A program made the position numbers and the translations under genes. Shown here piece after piece: positions 44,319 to 56,837 of a stretch of DNA of 64,000 bases. Each line of letters starts with the position of its first letter. The first letter of the stretch is position 1. The notes under the pieces were generated by a model. It was not told where the DNA came from. It saw only the letters and a list, made by a program, of their open reading frames with translations, and made no database searches. Source of the DNA: an uncultured beta proteobacterium (GTDB lineage: Bacteria; Pseudomonadota; Gammaproteobacteria; Burkholderiales; Casimicrobiaceae); assembly GCA_963765065.1 (NCBI GenBank), contig CAVXVH010000009.1, positions 6,279 through 70,278 on the forward strand, read 5' to 3'.

Positions 44319-44366
44319 GATGAATCGTACTTGTTTGCGCGTTTCGCTGCCTCCCGCGGGACGGAC

Positions 44367-45292
44367 ATGACCTACATCGCACAAACCCCGGAGCAGATCC
44401 GCGGCCTGATCGCGAAGGCCAAGCGCTGGGACGTGATCTTCGTCGCGCTCGGCGTGATCGCGCTCGGCATCGGGCTGCTCACCTTCGTCGCGCTGTTCGT
44501 CGACATGCTGATCGACGGCTGGGCGCGGCTGCGCCCGGAGTTCTTCACGCAATTCCCGTCGCGCCGCGCCGGGCAGGCGGGGATTCTCTCGGCGTGGGTC
44601 GGCACGACGCTGGTGATGCTCGTCACCGCGGCGGTCGCGGTGCCGCTCGGCGTCGCCGCCGGCGTCTACCTCGAGGAGTACGCCCCGAAGAACTGGGTCA
44701 CCGACATCATCGAGATCAACATCACCAATCTCGCCGGCGTGCCGTCGATCGTCTACGGCCTGCTGGCGCTCGGGCTGTTCGTCTACGCGTTCGGTCTCGG
44801 CCAGAGCGTGCAGACGGCCGGCCTGACGCTGGCACTGCTGATCCTGCCGGTGGTGATCGTCGCGACCCGCGAGGCGATCCGCTCGATCCCGGGGATGATT
44901 CGCGAGGCAGCGTACGCGCTCGGCGCCACCAAGTGGCAGACGACCAAGGACCACATCCTGCCGTACTCGCTGCCGGGCATCCTGACCGGCGTCATCATCG
45001 GCATGTCGCGCGCGATCGGCGAGACCGCGCCGATCATCACGATCGGCGCGCTGACGTTCATCGCCTTCCTGCCGCCGTCGCCGGTCACGACCGACTTCCC
45101 GTTCCTGTCCTTCGAGTGGCTGCAGGCGCCCGTTCACGGTGATGCCGATCCAGATGTTCAACTGGACCAGCGCGGCCGGACGAGGCGTTCCACGCCAATG
45201 CGGCGGCGGCCGGCATCGATCCTCGTCTTCATGACCCTGGCGATGAACGGGCTGGCGATCTGGCTGCGCTATCGCCTGCGCAAGAACATCAA

Positions 45293-45299
<7 letters not shown>
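44367..45299 (+). CDS. pstA: Phosphate ABC permease PstA (compensating frameshifts near the 3' end)
   Basis: [29 protein letters not shown]. Confidence 0.9.
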
Positions 45300-46158
<859 letters not shown>

Positions 46159-46180
46159 CCGGCGGGCACGGGAGACAGCG

Positions 46181-46887
46181 ATGAGCGACCACATCTCGAA
46201 GCAGTTCGACGCCGAGATGGAGGCGATCCGCAGCGGCGTGCTCTAGATGGGCGGGCTCGTCGAGCCGCAGTTCAGGCGCGCGATCGAGGCGCTCGGCGAG
46301 GACGAGGACTCGCGGCTGATCGACGCGGTCGGCGCCGACGAGCGCGAGATCAACCTATGCAGGTGCTGATCGACCAGCAGTGCACGCAGGTCATCGCGCG
46401 CCGCCAGCCGACGGCGGTCGACCTGCGCCTGATCATGATGGTCACCAAGATCGTCAACGACCTCGAGCGCATCGGCGACGAGGCGAAGAAGATCGCCTAC
46501 AAGTCGGCCGCCGTGCGCGGCAACGACCGGCTGACCCGCATCCGCTACCACGACGTCGTGCGCATGGCCGGCGGCACGCAGAAGATGCTGCGCGAGTCGC
46601 TCGATGCGTTCGCGCGCCTCGACGTCGACGCGGCGGCCAGGGTGGTCGAGGAGGACGACGACATCGACGTCGCCTTCAACGCGGTGATGCGCCAGCTGAT
46701 CAGCTTCATGATGGAGGATCCGCGGACGATCGGCGCCGCGCTCGAGGTGGTGTTCATCGCCAAGTCCATCGAGCGCATCGGCGACCACTCGAAGAACATT
46801 TCCGAGTCCGTCGTCCAGGTGGTGAAGGGCAAGGATGTGCGCCACGCCACGGCCGAAGAGATCCGGGCGGAAGTGGCGGGCGAATGA
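46181..46887 (+). CDS. phoU: PhoU (in-frame TAG at 46244 and frameshift)
   Basis: [36 protein letters not shown]. Confidence 0.88.
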
Positions 46888-47196
46888 GCGCGGCGGGCGC
46901 AGCCCAGGCCCGAAGGGCCCGTCGCCGCGCGATTGAGCACGGGCCGACGCGTGACGCGCGCGAGGCACGGCGGTGCAAGGAGGCCCGAATGAGCGCGGCG
47001 GGCGCAGCCCAGGCCGAAGGGCCCGTCGGCGCGCGATTGAGCGAGGGCCGACGCGCGACGCGCGGAGGCGCGGCGGTGCAAGGAGGCCCGAATGAGCGCG
47101 GCGGGCGCAGCCCAGGCCCGAAGGGCCCGTCGGCGCGCGATTGAGCGGGGGCCGACGCGCGACGCGGGTGAGGCGCGGCGGGGCAATGAGGCCCGA
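46884..47196 (+). repeat. Three tandem units of about 105 bp between phoU and phoB
   Basis: Units begin ATGAGCGCGGCGGGCGCAGCCCAGG at 46884, 46989, 47092 (105, 103, 105 bp). Confidence 0.92.
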
Positions 47197-47207
47197 ATGA
47201 GGCCGAA

Positions 47208-47898
47208 GTGAGCCCGACCATCCTCGTCGTCGAGGACGAGCCGTCGATCCTCGAGCTGCTCCGAATCAACCTCGTCGACGCGGGGTACGAGGTCCGCGCC
47301 GCGCCGGACGCCGAGTCCGGGCAGGCGATGCTCCGCGAGCGGCTGCCGGACCTGCTGCTGCTCGACTGGATGCTGCCGGGCAAGTCCGGGCTCGCGTTCG
47401 CGAAGGAGCTGCGCGCGGAGGCGCGCACGCGCGAGCTGCCGATCATCATGGTGACCGCCCGGGGCGAGGAGTCGGACAAGATCGCCGGCCTCGAGGCCTG
47501 GGTCGACGACTACGTCACCAAGCCGTTCTCCCCGCGCGAGCTCAAGGCGCGCATCAAGGCCGTGCTGCGCCGGCGCGCGCCCGAGGCGGCGCAGGAGCTG
47601 CTCGCTGCGGGCATGCTCAAACTCGACCCGACGACGCACCGCGTGACGATGGACGGCGCGCCCGTCGCACCTCGGCCCCACCGAGTTCCGGCTGCTGCGC
47701 TTCTTCCTCGCCCGGCCGGAGCGCGTGCACTCGCGCGCGCAGCTCCTCGACCAGGTCTGGGGCGACCACGTCTACATCGAGGAGCGGACCGTCGACGTGC
47801 ACATCCGGCGGCTGCGGCTCGCGCTCGAGCCGTTCGGCGCCGACCGGATGATCGAAACCGTCAGGGGAAGCGGCTACCGCCTCGCCGTGCCGCGATGA
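47208..47898 (+). CDS. phoB: Response regulator PhoB (frameshift near 47670)
   Basis: [39 protein letters not shown]. Confidence 0.92.
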
Positions 47899-49271
47899 AG
47901 CCGGCCTTCCGCAAGGGGCTCGTCGCCCCCGGGATCGTCGCCGTCGCGACGCTCCTGACGCTCGCGGTCGGCGGACCTTACTGGGCGCTGGGCATCCTCG
48001 CCGTCGGCGCGCTCGGCATCGTCCTGTTTCACCTGCACCACATCCAGCTCGTCACCGATTGGGCTGCCGGGTCGCCGGACGATCCGGTCCCGGCCGGCCG
48101 CGGCACGTGGGCGGCAACGTTCTCGGCGATCTACCGGCGCGTGCGCCTGCGGCGCGCTCATCAGCGGGACCTGCGGCAGGTCATCGACCGCTTCCGGCAG
48201 GCCGCGGAGGCGCTTCCCGACGGCGTGATCGTGCTCGACGCCGCGCACCGCATCGAGTGGATGAACGAGCGCGCGGTCGTGCTGCTCGCGCTCGATCCGC
48301 ACGGCGACCGCCGCCAGCCGATCACCAACCTCGTGCGGAGCCCCGACTTCCAGCGCTATGTCGAGTCGGGCGACTTCCGCGAGCCGGTGATCGTGCACCA
48401 GTCCCGCGAGCCGTCGCTGCTGTCGATGCAGGTCGTGCCCTTCGGTGCGGACGAGATGCTGCTGCTGTGCCGCGACGTCACGCAGGCGGAGGCGCTGTCG
48501 CGCATGCGGCGCGACTTCATCGCCAACGTTTCGCACGAGCTCAAGACGCCGCTGACCGTGGTGTCGGGATTCGTCGAGACGATGCAGGACATCGACCTGG
48601 AGCCGCGCCAGCGCAACCGCTACCTCTCACTGATGGCCGAGCAGACGCGCAACATGCAGCGCCTCGTCGACGACCTGCTCGCGCTTTCGGCCCTGGAAAG
48701 CGAACACACGCCGCCCGACGACAGCGCATTCGGGGTGGTACCGCTGCTGCACGAGCTGTGCGCCGACGCGAAGGCGCTGTCGAAGGGCGATCACGAGGTG
48801 CAGCTCGACGTCAGCGAGGCGGCGAACATCACCGGCGATCGCGGGGAGATCGCCAGCGCGTTCGGCAACCTCGTCTCGAACGCCGTGCGGTACACCACGC
48901 CCGGTGGCACGATCCGCCTCGCGTGGCGCGTCGAGCCCGACGGGACGGGCGTGTTCGCCGTGACGGACACCGGCATCGGCATCGCACCTGAGCACATCCC
49001 GCGGCTCACCGAGCGCTTCTACCGCGTCGACCGGGGCCGCTCGCGCAACACCGGCGGTACCGGCCTCGGCCTCGCGATCGTCAAGCACGTGCTGATACGC
49101 CACCAGGCGGAGCTCGACATTCGCAGCGATCCCGGCGTCGGCAGCACGTTCGCGGTGCGGATCCCGGCGCGGCGCGTGCACCGTGCGCCAGCGTCTCCGG
49201 CGCGTGACGATGCCGCGGACACGGGCGGTGCGCCGGTCGGCAGCGAAACCGTGCCCGACCGGGCAGCCTGA
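47895..49271 (+). CDS. phoR: Sensor kinase PhoR
   Basis: [35 protein letters not shown]. Confidence 0.95.
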   Translation: MKPAFRKGLVAPGIVAVATLLTLAVGGPYWALGILAVGALGIVLFHLHHIQLVTDWAAGSPDDPVPAGRGTWAATFSAIYRRVRLRRAHQRDLRQVIDRFRQAAEALPDGVIVLDAAHRIEWMNERAVVLLALDPHGDRRQPITNLVRSPDFQRYVESGDFREPVIVHQSREPSLLSMQVVPFGADEMLLLCRDVTQAEALSRMRRDFIANVSHELKTPLTVVSGFVETMQDIDLEPRQRNRYLSLMAEQTRNMQRLVDDLLALSALESEHTPPDDSAFGVVPLLHELCADAKALSKGDHEVQLDVSEAANITGDRGEIASAFGNLVSNAVRYTTPGGTIRLAWRVEPDGTGVFAVTDTGIGIAPEHIPRLTERFYRVDRGRSRNTGGTGLGLAIVKHVLIRHQAELDIRSDPGVGSTFAVRIPARRVHRAPASPARDDAADTGGAPVGSETVPDRAA

Positions 49272-49272
49272 T

Positions 49273-51213
49273 CTATCGACTCGCCGCCGGTGTGGCGCGG
49301 CGGGACCGGCTCTGCGGCGCGGCGGTCGGTATGTCCGAGATGCTGAGTTTGCGCAGCAGCGCCGTCTTCTTGTCGTGATGCGCCTGCATGCGCCCCAGCA
49401 CGTCGTTCAGGAAGCGCAGCGTCTCGCGGATGTACGGCCCCTTGTTCAGCATCACGCATTCCGCGCGCGCTGCCATGGCGGCGTCGGTGACCTCCGCGCG
49501 CGACGGCATGCCGCCCTTCGACAACGACTCCAGCACCTGCGTGGCCCAGATCACCGGCATGTGCGCAGCCTCGCACAGCCACAGGATCTCTTCCTGCACT
49601 TCCGAGAGCCGCTCGAAGCCGACCTCGACGCCCAGGTCCCCGCGCGCGACCATGACAGCGACGCTCGGGTGCCGCATCGCCGCGATCAGGAGCCGCGGCA
49701 GGTCGCGGAAGGCGCGCTGGGTCTCGATCTTCAGCACCACTCCGAGGTGCCCGGCCTTCAGGCGCGCGAGCTCCGCGAGCAGCATCTCGACGTCCTCGGG
49801 GCGTTGCACGAACGAGAGGGCGACGAGATTGGCGTGGCGTGCGGCAAAGGCGAGATCGGTGCGGTCCTTCTCGGTCAGTGCGGGCAGCGCCAGCTCCGAA
49901 TCGGGAAAATTGATGCCCTTCTCGCCGCGGAGACGGACGCGGCCGCTCGCGCAGTGCACGACGTGGATGCGCATCCGTTCCTCGGTGACCTCGTGCACGG
50001 TGCCCATCACCTTGCCGTCGTCGAACATCACGCGGTCGCCGACGCGCACGGCGCGGAAGACCTCCGGCAACGCGCAGCTCACGAGCGCCGGTTCACGGAC
50101 CGTTCCGCCGTCGTCGCGAACGGCATCGCGACCGGGCCGGTCGCCCAGCACCATGTCGAGCATGTCGCCGGGCGACAGCGTGATCGTGCCCGGCTGCGGC
50201 GCCATCTCGCCGATCGCGCCGCGCAGCAGTCGCTTGCCGTGGCGGCGCAGCGTGAGCGCGACACCTGGTTTCACGTACGCGGTGGCGTCGGCCAGGCACA
50301 CCAGCACGTTGCCCGACGACTCGCGGACGGCGAGCGAGCGTTCGCGCCCACGATTGTCGGTGAGGTCGATCGCATCGCCGGCCCGCGCGCGGCGCGCGAG
50401 CGCCGCGTCGATCGGCACGGCGCCGTCGGGGGCGTCGACACCCGCCGCCGCCAGTACCACCGTGGCGGGCTCGATCACGTCGCCGAATGCGTTGCGCCGC
50501 GGATGCCACCGTGTCGCGGCCGGACCGGGCTCGATCGCGTTGATGCGCAGCTTCGGGCCCGCGAGATCGAACGAGACGAGGCAACGCTTGCCCTCGCGGC
50601 GCGCGGCGGCGTGGACATTCCTGACCATCGCGGCCCACGCGTCGCGATCGTCGTGCGCGCCGTTGATGCGCGCGAGCTGCATGCCGCTGTCGACGAGGTC
50701 CCTGACCAGCCCGGCATCGGCGGCGGCCTCGGAGGGCAGCGTGACCATGATGCGCGTCGGGCCGTGCCGCGGCGGCGGGCCGAGGACCGCGACGGCCTGT
50801 TCCGTCAGCACGGCACGCCCGGTGTCGAAGTCGATCGGCGGCGGCTCGCGGACGTCCGGCGGCACCGGCCGGCCGGCGAGGCGGTAGAGCACGTCCAGCA
50901 CCGCATTGAGCGACGCGAGCACGTGCGACTCCATCCGCCCGAGCGACGAGAGCCCCAGGCGCGCGAGCGCGTACTGCACGTCGCGCACGTCGTGCCGCCG
51001 CACCGCGAGGTAGTGGAGCAGGTTGCGCAGGCTCTCGCGGCGCACCGGCGGGGCGTGGGACAGCGCCTCGGCGAACTCGGTCTCGAAGACCAGCGCCGAA
51101 CGTCGCAGTTCCTCGACGGCACGCAGCGCGCTCGTGGCAGCGACGTCGCGGCGGATGTCCTGGGAGGTGACGCGGGCGCTCGCGGGCAGCGGGCGCCGTT
51201 CGGGGCGAGGCAA
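49273..51213 (-). CDS. Atypical pyruvate kinase (expanded B domain, no C-terminal regulatory domain)
   Basis: ARING.H, DLAGPKLR, LKIET, ARGDLGVE, ATQVLES, SRAEVTD. Confidence 0.85.
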   Translation of the reverse strand: MPRPERRPLPASARVTSQDIRRDVAATSALRAVEELRRSALVFETEFAEALSHAPPVRRESLRNLLHYLAVRRHDVRDVQYALARLGLSSLGRMESHVLASLNAVLDVLYRLAGRPVPPDVREPPPIDFDTGRAVLTEQAVAVLGPPPRHGPTRIMVTLPSEAAADAGLVRDLVDSGMQLARINGAHDDRDAWAAMVRNVHAAARREGKRCLVSFDLAGPKLRINAIEPGPAATRWHPRRNAFGDVIEPATVVLAAAGVDAPDGAVPIDAALARRARAGDAIDLTDNRGRERSLAVRESSGNVLVCLADATAYVKPGVALTLRRHGKRLLRGAIGEMAPQPGTITLSPGDMLDMVLGDRPGRDAVRDDGGTVREPALVSCALPEVFRAVRVGDRVMFDDGKVMGTVHEVTEERMRIHVVHCASGRVRLRGEKGINFPDSELALPALTEKDRTDLAFAARHANLVALSFVQRPEDVEMLLAELARLKAGHLGVVLKIETQRAFRDLPRLLIAAMRHPSVAVMVARGDLGVEVGFERLSEVQEEILWLCEAAHMPVIWATQVLESLSKGGMPSRAEVTDAAMAARAECVMLNKGPYIRETLRFLNDVLGRMQAHHDKKTALLRKLSISDIPTAAPQSRSRRATPAASR

Positions 51214-51257
51214 GGCTGACTTTCGATGCAGTGCGACAACGATGATGCGCTACCGGG

Positions 51258-51275
51258 ATGACGTTTGCGTGACAG
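51258..51275 (-). promoter_or_regulatory. Pho box upstream of the pyruvate kinase
   Basis: Minus strand CTGTCAC-GCAA-ACGTCAT, the 7-4-7 layout of the Pho consensus. Confidence 0.65.
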
Positions 51276-51324
51276 TCCTCCGATCCGATGCGGCAGAGCG
51301 TTGGCGGGCGTCGTGAAACCGCGT

Positions 51325-51750
51325 TCAGGATGGGCGCGGCGGTGCGATCCAGGCGGCCAGCGTCGGCCCCGCGAGCATCGCCCAGGTCAGCAGCAGCAGC
51401 GCGAGCGCGACCAGTACCGCCGCGCTGCCGAGGTCCTTGGCGCGCTTCGACAGCCTGTGGGTGTCGAAGCCGATGCGGTCGATCGCTGCCTCGACGCTCG
51501 AATTCAACAGCTCGACGACCAGCACCAGCAGCACCGACCCGGCGAGCAGCACCCGCTCGGCCGGCGCGACCGGCAGCAGCAGGGCGGTCGGCAGCAGCAC
51601 GGCCGCGAGCGCGATCTCCTGGCGGAACGCGCTCTCGTGCCGGAAGGCGAGTGCCAGGCCCGAGAGCGAGAAGAAGAGCGCGTTGACGAGGCGACGCACA
51701 CCGCGGTGGCCCTTGTGCGGGCTTTCGGCAGCGTCACGCGGCGGAGGCAT
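51325..51750 (-). CDS. dgkA: Diacylglycerol kinase
   Basis: HESAFRQE, ELLNSSVEAAID, SKRAKDLGSAAV. Confidence 0.93.
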   Translation of the reverse strand: MPPPRDAAESPHKGHRGVRRLVNALFFSLSGLALAFRHESAFRQEIALAAVLLPTALLLPVAPAERVLLAGSVLLVLVVELLNSSVEAAIDRIGFDTHRLSKRAKDLGSAAVLVALALLLLTWAMLAGPTLAAWIAPPRPS

Positions 51751-52744
51751 GGTTGGGCCGGAGATTGCGCAGGAACTGGGCGGTCGCCCGTTGCCACGAG
51801 TACTCGAGCGCGCAGCCGCGCACGACGCCGCGGTCGAGTGCCCGGGCGGCGAGCGCCGCCGCCTGGAGGTCGTCGTCCAGCACGCCGCTCCGTCCGGGCA
51901 GGACGACGTCGATCGGCCCCGCCACGGGGTAGGCGGCGACCGGCGTGCCGCTCGCCATCGCCTCGAGCAGCACGAGCCCGAACGTGTCGGTCCGGCTCGG
52001 AAACACGAACACGTCGGCGCTGCGGAAGTGCGCGGCGAGCTCCTCGCCGTGCTTCGCACCCGTGAACACCGCGTGCGGGTGGCGCGACTGCAGCTCGGCC
52101 CGCTGCGGCCCGTCGCCGACGACCACCTGGGTACCCGGTAGATCGAGGCGGAGGAACGCGTCGAGGTTCTTTTCGACCGCCACGCGACCGACGTACATGA
52201 ACACGGGAGCGCGCCAGGCGTTGTCGAGGCGCGGTCCGGGCCGGAACAGGTCGGTGTCGACACCGCGGGACCACATCGCGAGGTTGCGGAAGCCGCGCGC
52301 GCGAAGGTCGTCGTGGATCGACCGGGTCGCCACCATCACCGCGCCGGCCGGTGCGTGAAAGCGCCGCAGCCAGCCGTAGGTGAGCGAGACCGGAAGCCGA
52401 ACGCGCGCGTGCACGTACTCGGGGAACCGGGTGTGATACGCGGTCGTGAAGGCAAGCCCCCGCGACAGGCACCAGCGGCGCGCCGCCTGCCCGACGGGAC
52501 CCTCCGTGGCGATGTGCACGGTGTCCGGAACGAACGCGCTCGCGAGCGCGGCGAAGCGCCGGAACGGTGCGATCGCCAGACGGATCTCGGGGTAGCTGGG
52601 GCAGGGAAGCGTCCGGAAACGGTCCGGACCGATCACCTCCACCGGGTGCCCGCACGCCTGCAGTTCGCGCACCGTGCGCCCGAGCGTGATGACGACCCCG
52701 TTGACCTGCGGCGTCCAGGCGTCAGTGGCAAGCAGGATGCGCAT
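51734..52744 (-). CDS. GT4 glycosyltransferase (Agt-like glycolipid synthase)
   Basis: TDAWTPQVNGVV, HIATEGPVG, YHTRFPEY, PSRTDTFGLVLLEAMASG. Confidence 0.88.
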   Translation of the reverse strand: MRILLATDAWTPQVNGVVITLGRTVRELQACGHPVEVIGPDRFRTLPCPSYPEIRLAIAPFRRFAALASAFVPDTVHIATEGPVGQAARRWCLSRGLAFTTAYHTRFPEYVHARVRLPVSLTYGWLRRFHAPAGAVMVATRSIHDDLRARGFRNLAMWSRGVDTDLFRPGPRLDNAWRAPVFMYVGRVAVEKNLDAFLRLDLPGTQVVVGDGPQRAELQSRHPHAVFTGAKHGEELAAHFRSADVFVFPSRTDTFGLVLLEAMASGTPVAAYPVAGPIDVVLPGRSGVLDDDLQAAALAARALDRGVVRGCALEYSWQRATAQFLRNLRPNHASAA

Positions 52745-53570
52745 CGTGCTCGAAATCCGTGTGCGCGGCTTCGGCCACCGCCTGTCGGGCGTGCTGTGCG
52801 ATCTCCTTCCAGCTCAGGATCGACAACCGGCCGTCGTCGTGCTCGACCAGCGCGGTGAGGCTCTCGACCCAATCCCCGCAGTTGCAGTAGAGCGTCCCTT
52901 CGATGCGGCGGATTTCGGCCTTGTGGATGTGGCCGCAGACCACGCCGTCGACGCCGCGGCGACGCGCGGCATCGGCCAGCGCGATCTCGAAGTCCGTGAT
53001 GTAGCTCACCGCGTTCTTCACGCGCTGCTTCAGGTACTGCGACAGGCTCCAGTAGGGAAAGCCGAGGCGCGCCCGCGCCGCGTTCAGCCAGCGGTTGAGG
53101 TGCAGCGTCGCGAGATAGGCCCGATCGCCGACGAACGCGAGCCAGCGTGCGCACTGCACGACGCCGTCGTAGAGGTCGCCGTGCGTGACGAGCAGCCGGC
53201 GTCCGTCGGCGGTGACGTGCACGTCGTCCTCGCGCACGTCGATCCCGCCGAAGGAGACGGGCGTGAAGTGGCGACCGAACTCGTCGTGGTTGCCGAGGAT
53301 GTAGACGACCTCCGTCCCCTTGCGCGCCTTGCGGAGCAGCTTCTGCACCACGTCGTTGTGGCTGCCCGGCCAGAACCACCGCCGTTTCAGCTGCCAGCCG
53401 TCGACGATGTCGCCGACGAGGTAGAGGCGCTGCGACTCCGTGTTGCGCAGAAAGTCGAGCAGCGGGCCGGCCTGACAGCCAGGGGTGCCGAGGTGGACGT
53501 CCGAGATCCAGATGGTGCGAAAGCGCAGCGCGCCGTCGCGATCGTCGGGCCCGTCGGCGCGTGCCGGCAC
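52722..53570 (-). CDS. Metallophosphoesterase, PlcP/LpxH2-like
   Basis: SDVHLG, GDIVDGW, GNHD, HGD, CGHIH, GDWVES. Confidence 0.88.
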   Translation of the reverse strand: MPARADGPDDRDGALRFRTIWISDVHLGTPGCQAGPLLDFLRNTESQRLYLVGDIVDGWQLKRRWFWPGSHNDVVQKLLRKARKGTEVVYILGNHDEFGRHFTPVSFGGIDVREDDVHVTADGRRLLVTHGDLYDGVVQCARWLAFVGDRAYLATLHLNRWLNAARARLGFPYWSLSQYLKQRVKNAVSYITDFEIALADAARRRGVDGVVCGHIHKAEIRRIEGTLYCNCGDWVESLTALVEHDDGRLSILSWKEIAQHARQAVAEAAHTDFEHDAHPACH

Positions 53571-53577
53571 GACGGGC

Positions 53578-54354
53578 TCAGGCGGCCTTGAGGAAGTGGC
53601 GCGCGTACCGGGGCGCCAGCCGAGCGAGCGGCAGGAACACGAAGAAGTCCGCCGTGTTGAAGTCGGGATCCCAGGCAGGATCGCCGCCGACCCACGCGCC
53701 GAGCCGCAGGTAGGCCCGCAACAGCGGCGGCACCAGCGCCGCCGCATCGTGCCGGGGCCGGCTGTCGCCGGGCTCGGCGGCGGCCAGTGGCGACCGCGGG
53801 AAGACGCGGTACTCGATGGGGGCGAGGCAGGACGGCATGACGTGATCGGCGACCTGCCGCGCGGCCGCGCCGCCGTCGGCCATGCCCATCGACGCGCATC
53901 CGATCAGGAACCGGTAGCGGCGCTCCAGCATGAGCAGGGCGATGCCCTGCCAGAGCCTGGCGATGACGGCGCCGTTGCGGTAGTCCGGATGGATGCACGC
54001 GCGGCCGACCTCGCAGATGTCGTCGCGGAGCAGCTGCAGTCGCGTCAGGTCGAACTCGGTCTCGGCATAGTAGGTGCCGAGCCGTCGCGCCTTGTCCGGC
54101 GTCAGCACGCGGTAGGTGCCGACGACCTCGTCGCGGACCTGGTCGCGCACGATCAGGTGCTCGCACCAGGGGTCGAACATGTCCTCCTCGATGCCGGGCC
54201 GCCGGCAGGGCGTGCTCGCGCCCAGCTCTCCGACGAACACCGCGTGCCGCAATCGCTGTGCCGACTCGACTTCGCCCGGCGTTCGGGCGAACGCGACGTG
54301 CAGGCCGTGCGCGCGAGGCGTCGGGCGAAGCTCTGAATCCAGCGAAAGAAGCAT
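53578..54354 (-). CDS. GNAT N-acyltransferase (OlsB-like)
   Basis: QRLRHAVF, FDPWCEHL, VGTYR, YAETEFDL, EVGRACIHPDYR, LIGCASM. Confidence 0.85.
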   Translation of the reverse strand: MLLSLDSELRPTPRAHGLHVAFARTPGEVESAQRLRHAVFVGELGASTPCRRPGIEEDMFDPWCEHLIVRDQVRDEVVGTYRVLTPDKARRLGTYYAETEFDLTRLQLLRDDICEVGRACIHPDYRNGAVIARLWQGIALLMLERRYRFLIGCASMGMADGGAAARQVADHVMPSCLAPIEYRVFPRSPLAAAEPGDSRPRHDAAALVPPLLRAYLRLGAWVGGDPAWDPDFNTADFFVFLPLARLAPRYARHFLKAA

Positions 54355-54403
54355 GGGCAGGCTCTTGATCCGTTGGGCAGTGCCCGCATCGTGTCGGCCG
54401 ACG

Positions 54404-54441
54404 ACGACGCCGCGATGACTGCGAGGTGTCGGGCAGGTGAA
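54404..54441 (-). promoter_or_regulatory. Pho-box-like array upstream of the lipid operon
   Basis: Minus strand TTCAC, GACAC, GTCAT, GTCGT at exact 11-bp spacing. Confidence 0.55.
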
Positions 54442-54679
54442 CCTGCGGCGTCAGCAGGATGACGGCGCCGGCGTGCCGGCTCGAACGAGACGTGTTCTGC
54501 CGAATACTCTTGCGGCTGAAGCCTCGCCGAGCGGCAGGCAGGATTTCCCGCGAGGTTTCGCGGTCAGCGGCAGCGGGCGACACGCATCGCCGAGCGCGTC
54601 CCCGCATTGCGGGCAAGTGATTGAATCGAAAGCCTTGTCCGCGGGTGTTCGCCGGAAATGTTGCGCTGCATGGCCCGGT

Positions 54680-54709
54680 TTGACGGGTCGAGCGGCCGGC
54701 TGCTACAAT
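54680..54709 (+). promoter_or_regulatory. Sigma70 promoter of the tRNA-tuf operon
   Basis: TTGACG-18bp-TACAAT. Confidence 0.7.
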
Positions 54710-54722
54710 TTCACGTTTCGTC

Positions 54723-54807
<85 letters not shown>

Positions 54808-54812
54808 TTCGG

Positions 54813-54910
54813 GCATCAGGTATCAGAGCTCAGGAATCAGCAAGGAACGCGCCATCGCATCGGTCGTCGCGGCCACTGATCCCTGATCCCTGTCCTCTGA
54901 TACCTGAATG
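54813..54910. repeat. Heptamer-repeat hairpin between tRNA-Tyr and tRNA-Gly
   Basis: 4x NNNTCAG followed by 5x CTGNNNN complementary arm. Confidence 0.8.
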
Positions 54911-54983
54911 CGGGTGTAGCTCAATGGTAGAGCAGAAGCCTTCCAAGCTTACGACGAGGGTTCGATTCCCTTCACCCGCTCCA
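54910..54983 (+). tRNA. tRNA-Gly (TCC)
   Basis: GCGGGTG acceptor, CTTCCAA loop, TTCGATT, CCA. Confidence 0.97.
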
Positions 54984-55094
54984 GAAGATCGCGTGAACCG
55001 GATCGAGGCATGAACGAGGGCGGCGGCGCGCCGGTGGAGCGGCGCGATGCCGGCGGACGAGGACAGGCGCAGTACGGGGCGCGACGCACAGATC

Positions 55095-55169
55095 GCCCAT
55101 GTAGCTCAGTGGCAGAGCACTCCCTTGGTAAGGGAGAGGTCGAGCGTTCAATCCGCTCCATGGGCACCA
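55095..55169 (+). tRNA. tRNA-Thr (GGT)
   Basis: GCCCATG acceptor, TTGGTAA loop, CCA. Confidence 0.96.
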
Positions 55170-55295
55170 GAGTGAAGGCGGGCGAACGTACACCCCTACG
55201 TTAGCCCGGATGGATTCAGGGCCGGAGCGCTGGCCTCAGTGACGCAACTGAGCAGACGATCCGGCTGGCAAACACCACGAAAAGGCGAGGCAGCG

Positions 55296-56486
<1,191 letters not shown>

Positions 56487-56505
56487 GGACAGATACGGGT
56501 TCAGC

Positions 56506-56581
56506 AGGCCAGTAGCTCAATTGGCAGAGCGGCGGTCTCCAAAACCGCAGGTTGGGGGTTCGATTCCCTCCTGGCCTGCCA
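56506..56581 (+). tRNA. tRNA-Trp (CCA)
   Basis: AGGCCAG acceptor, CTCCAAA loop, CCA. Confidence 0.97.
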
Positions 56582-56837
56582 CTTCCAGGGATCAGGCAGC
56601 AGAGGACAGGGATCAGAGGCGGCGGCGATTCCGGTGGCGCGACTTACAGTCGCGCGACGCGTCTGCCAACGATGAACCGGTCTGTGGTGATCCGCGAGTG
56701 GCTGGACAACGGCATTACAACGTAGCGAAGGAAGCGTCGGCCAGACGGAAGACTCGGAACGCACGCCGCGACTCGATGTCGCGCCACCGAAAACTCCGGT
56801 GCAGCTGTTCCCTGACCTCTGTCTTCTGATTCCTGAA

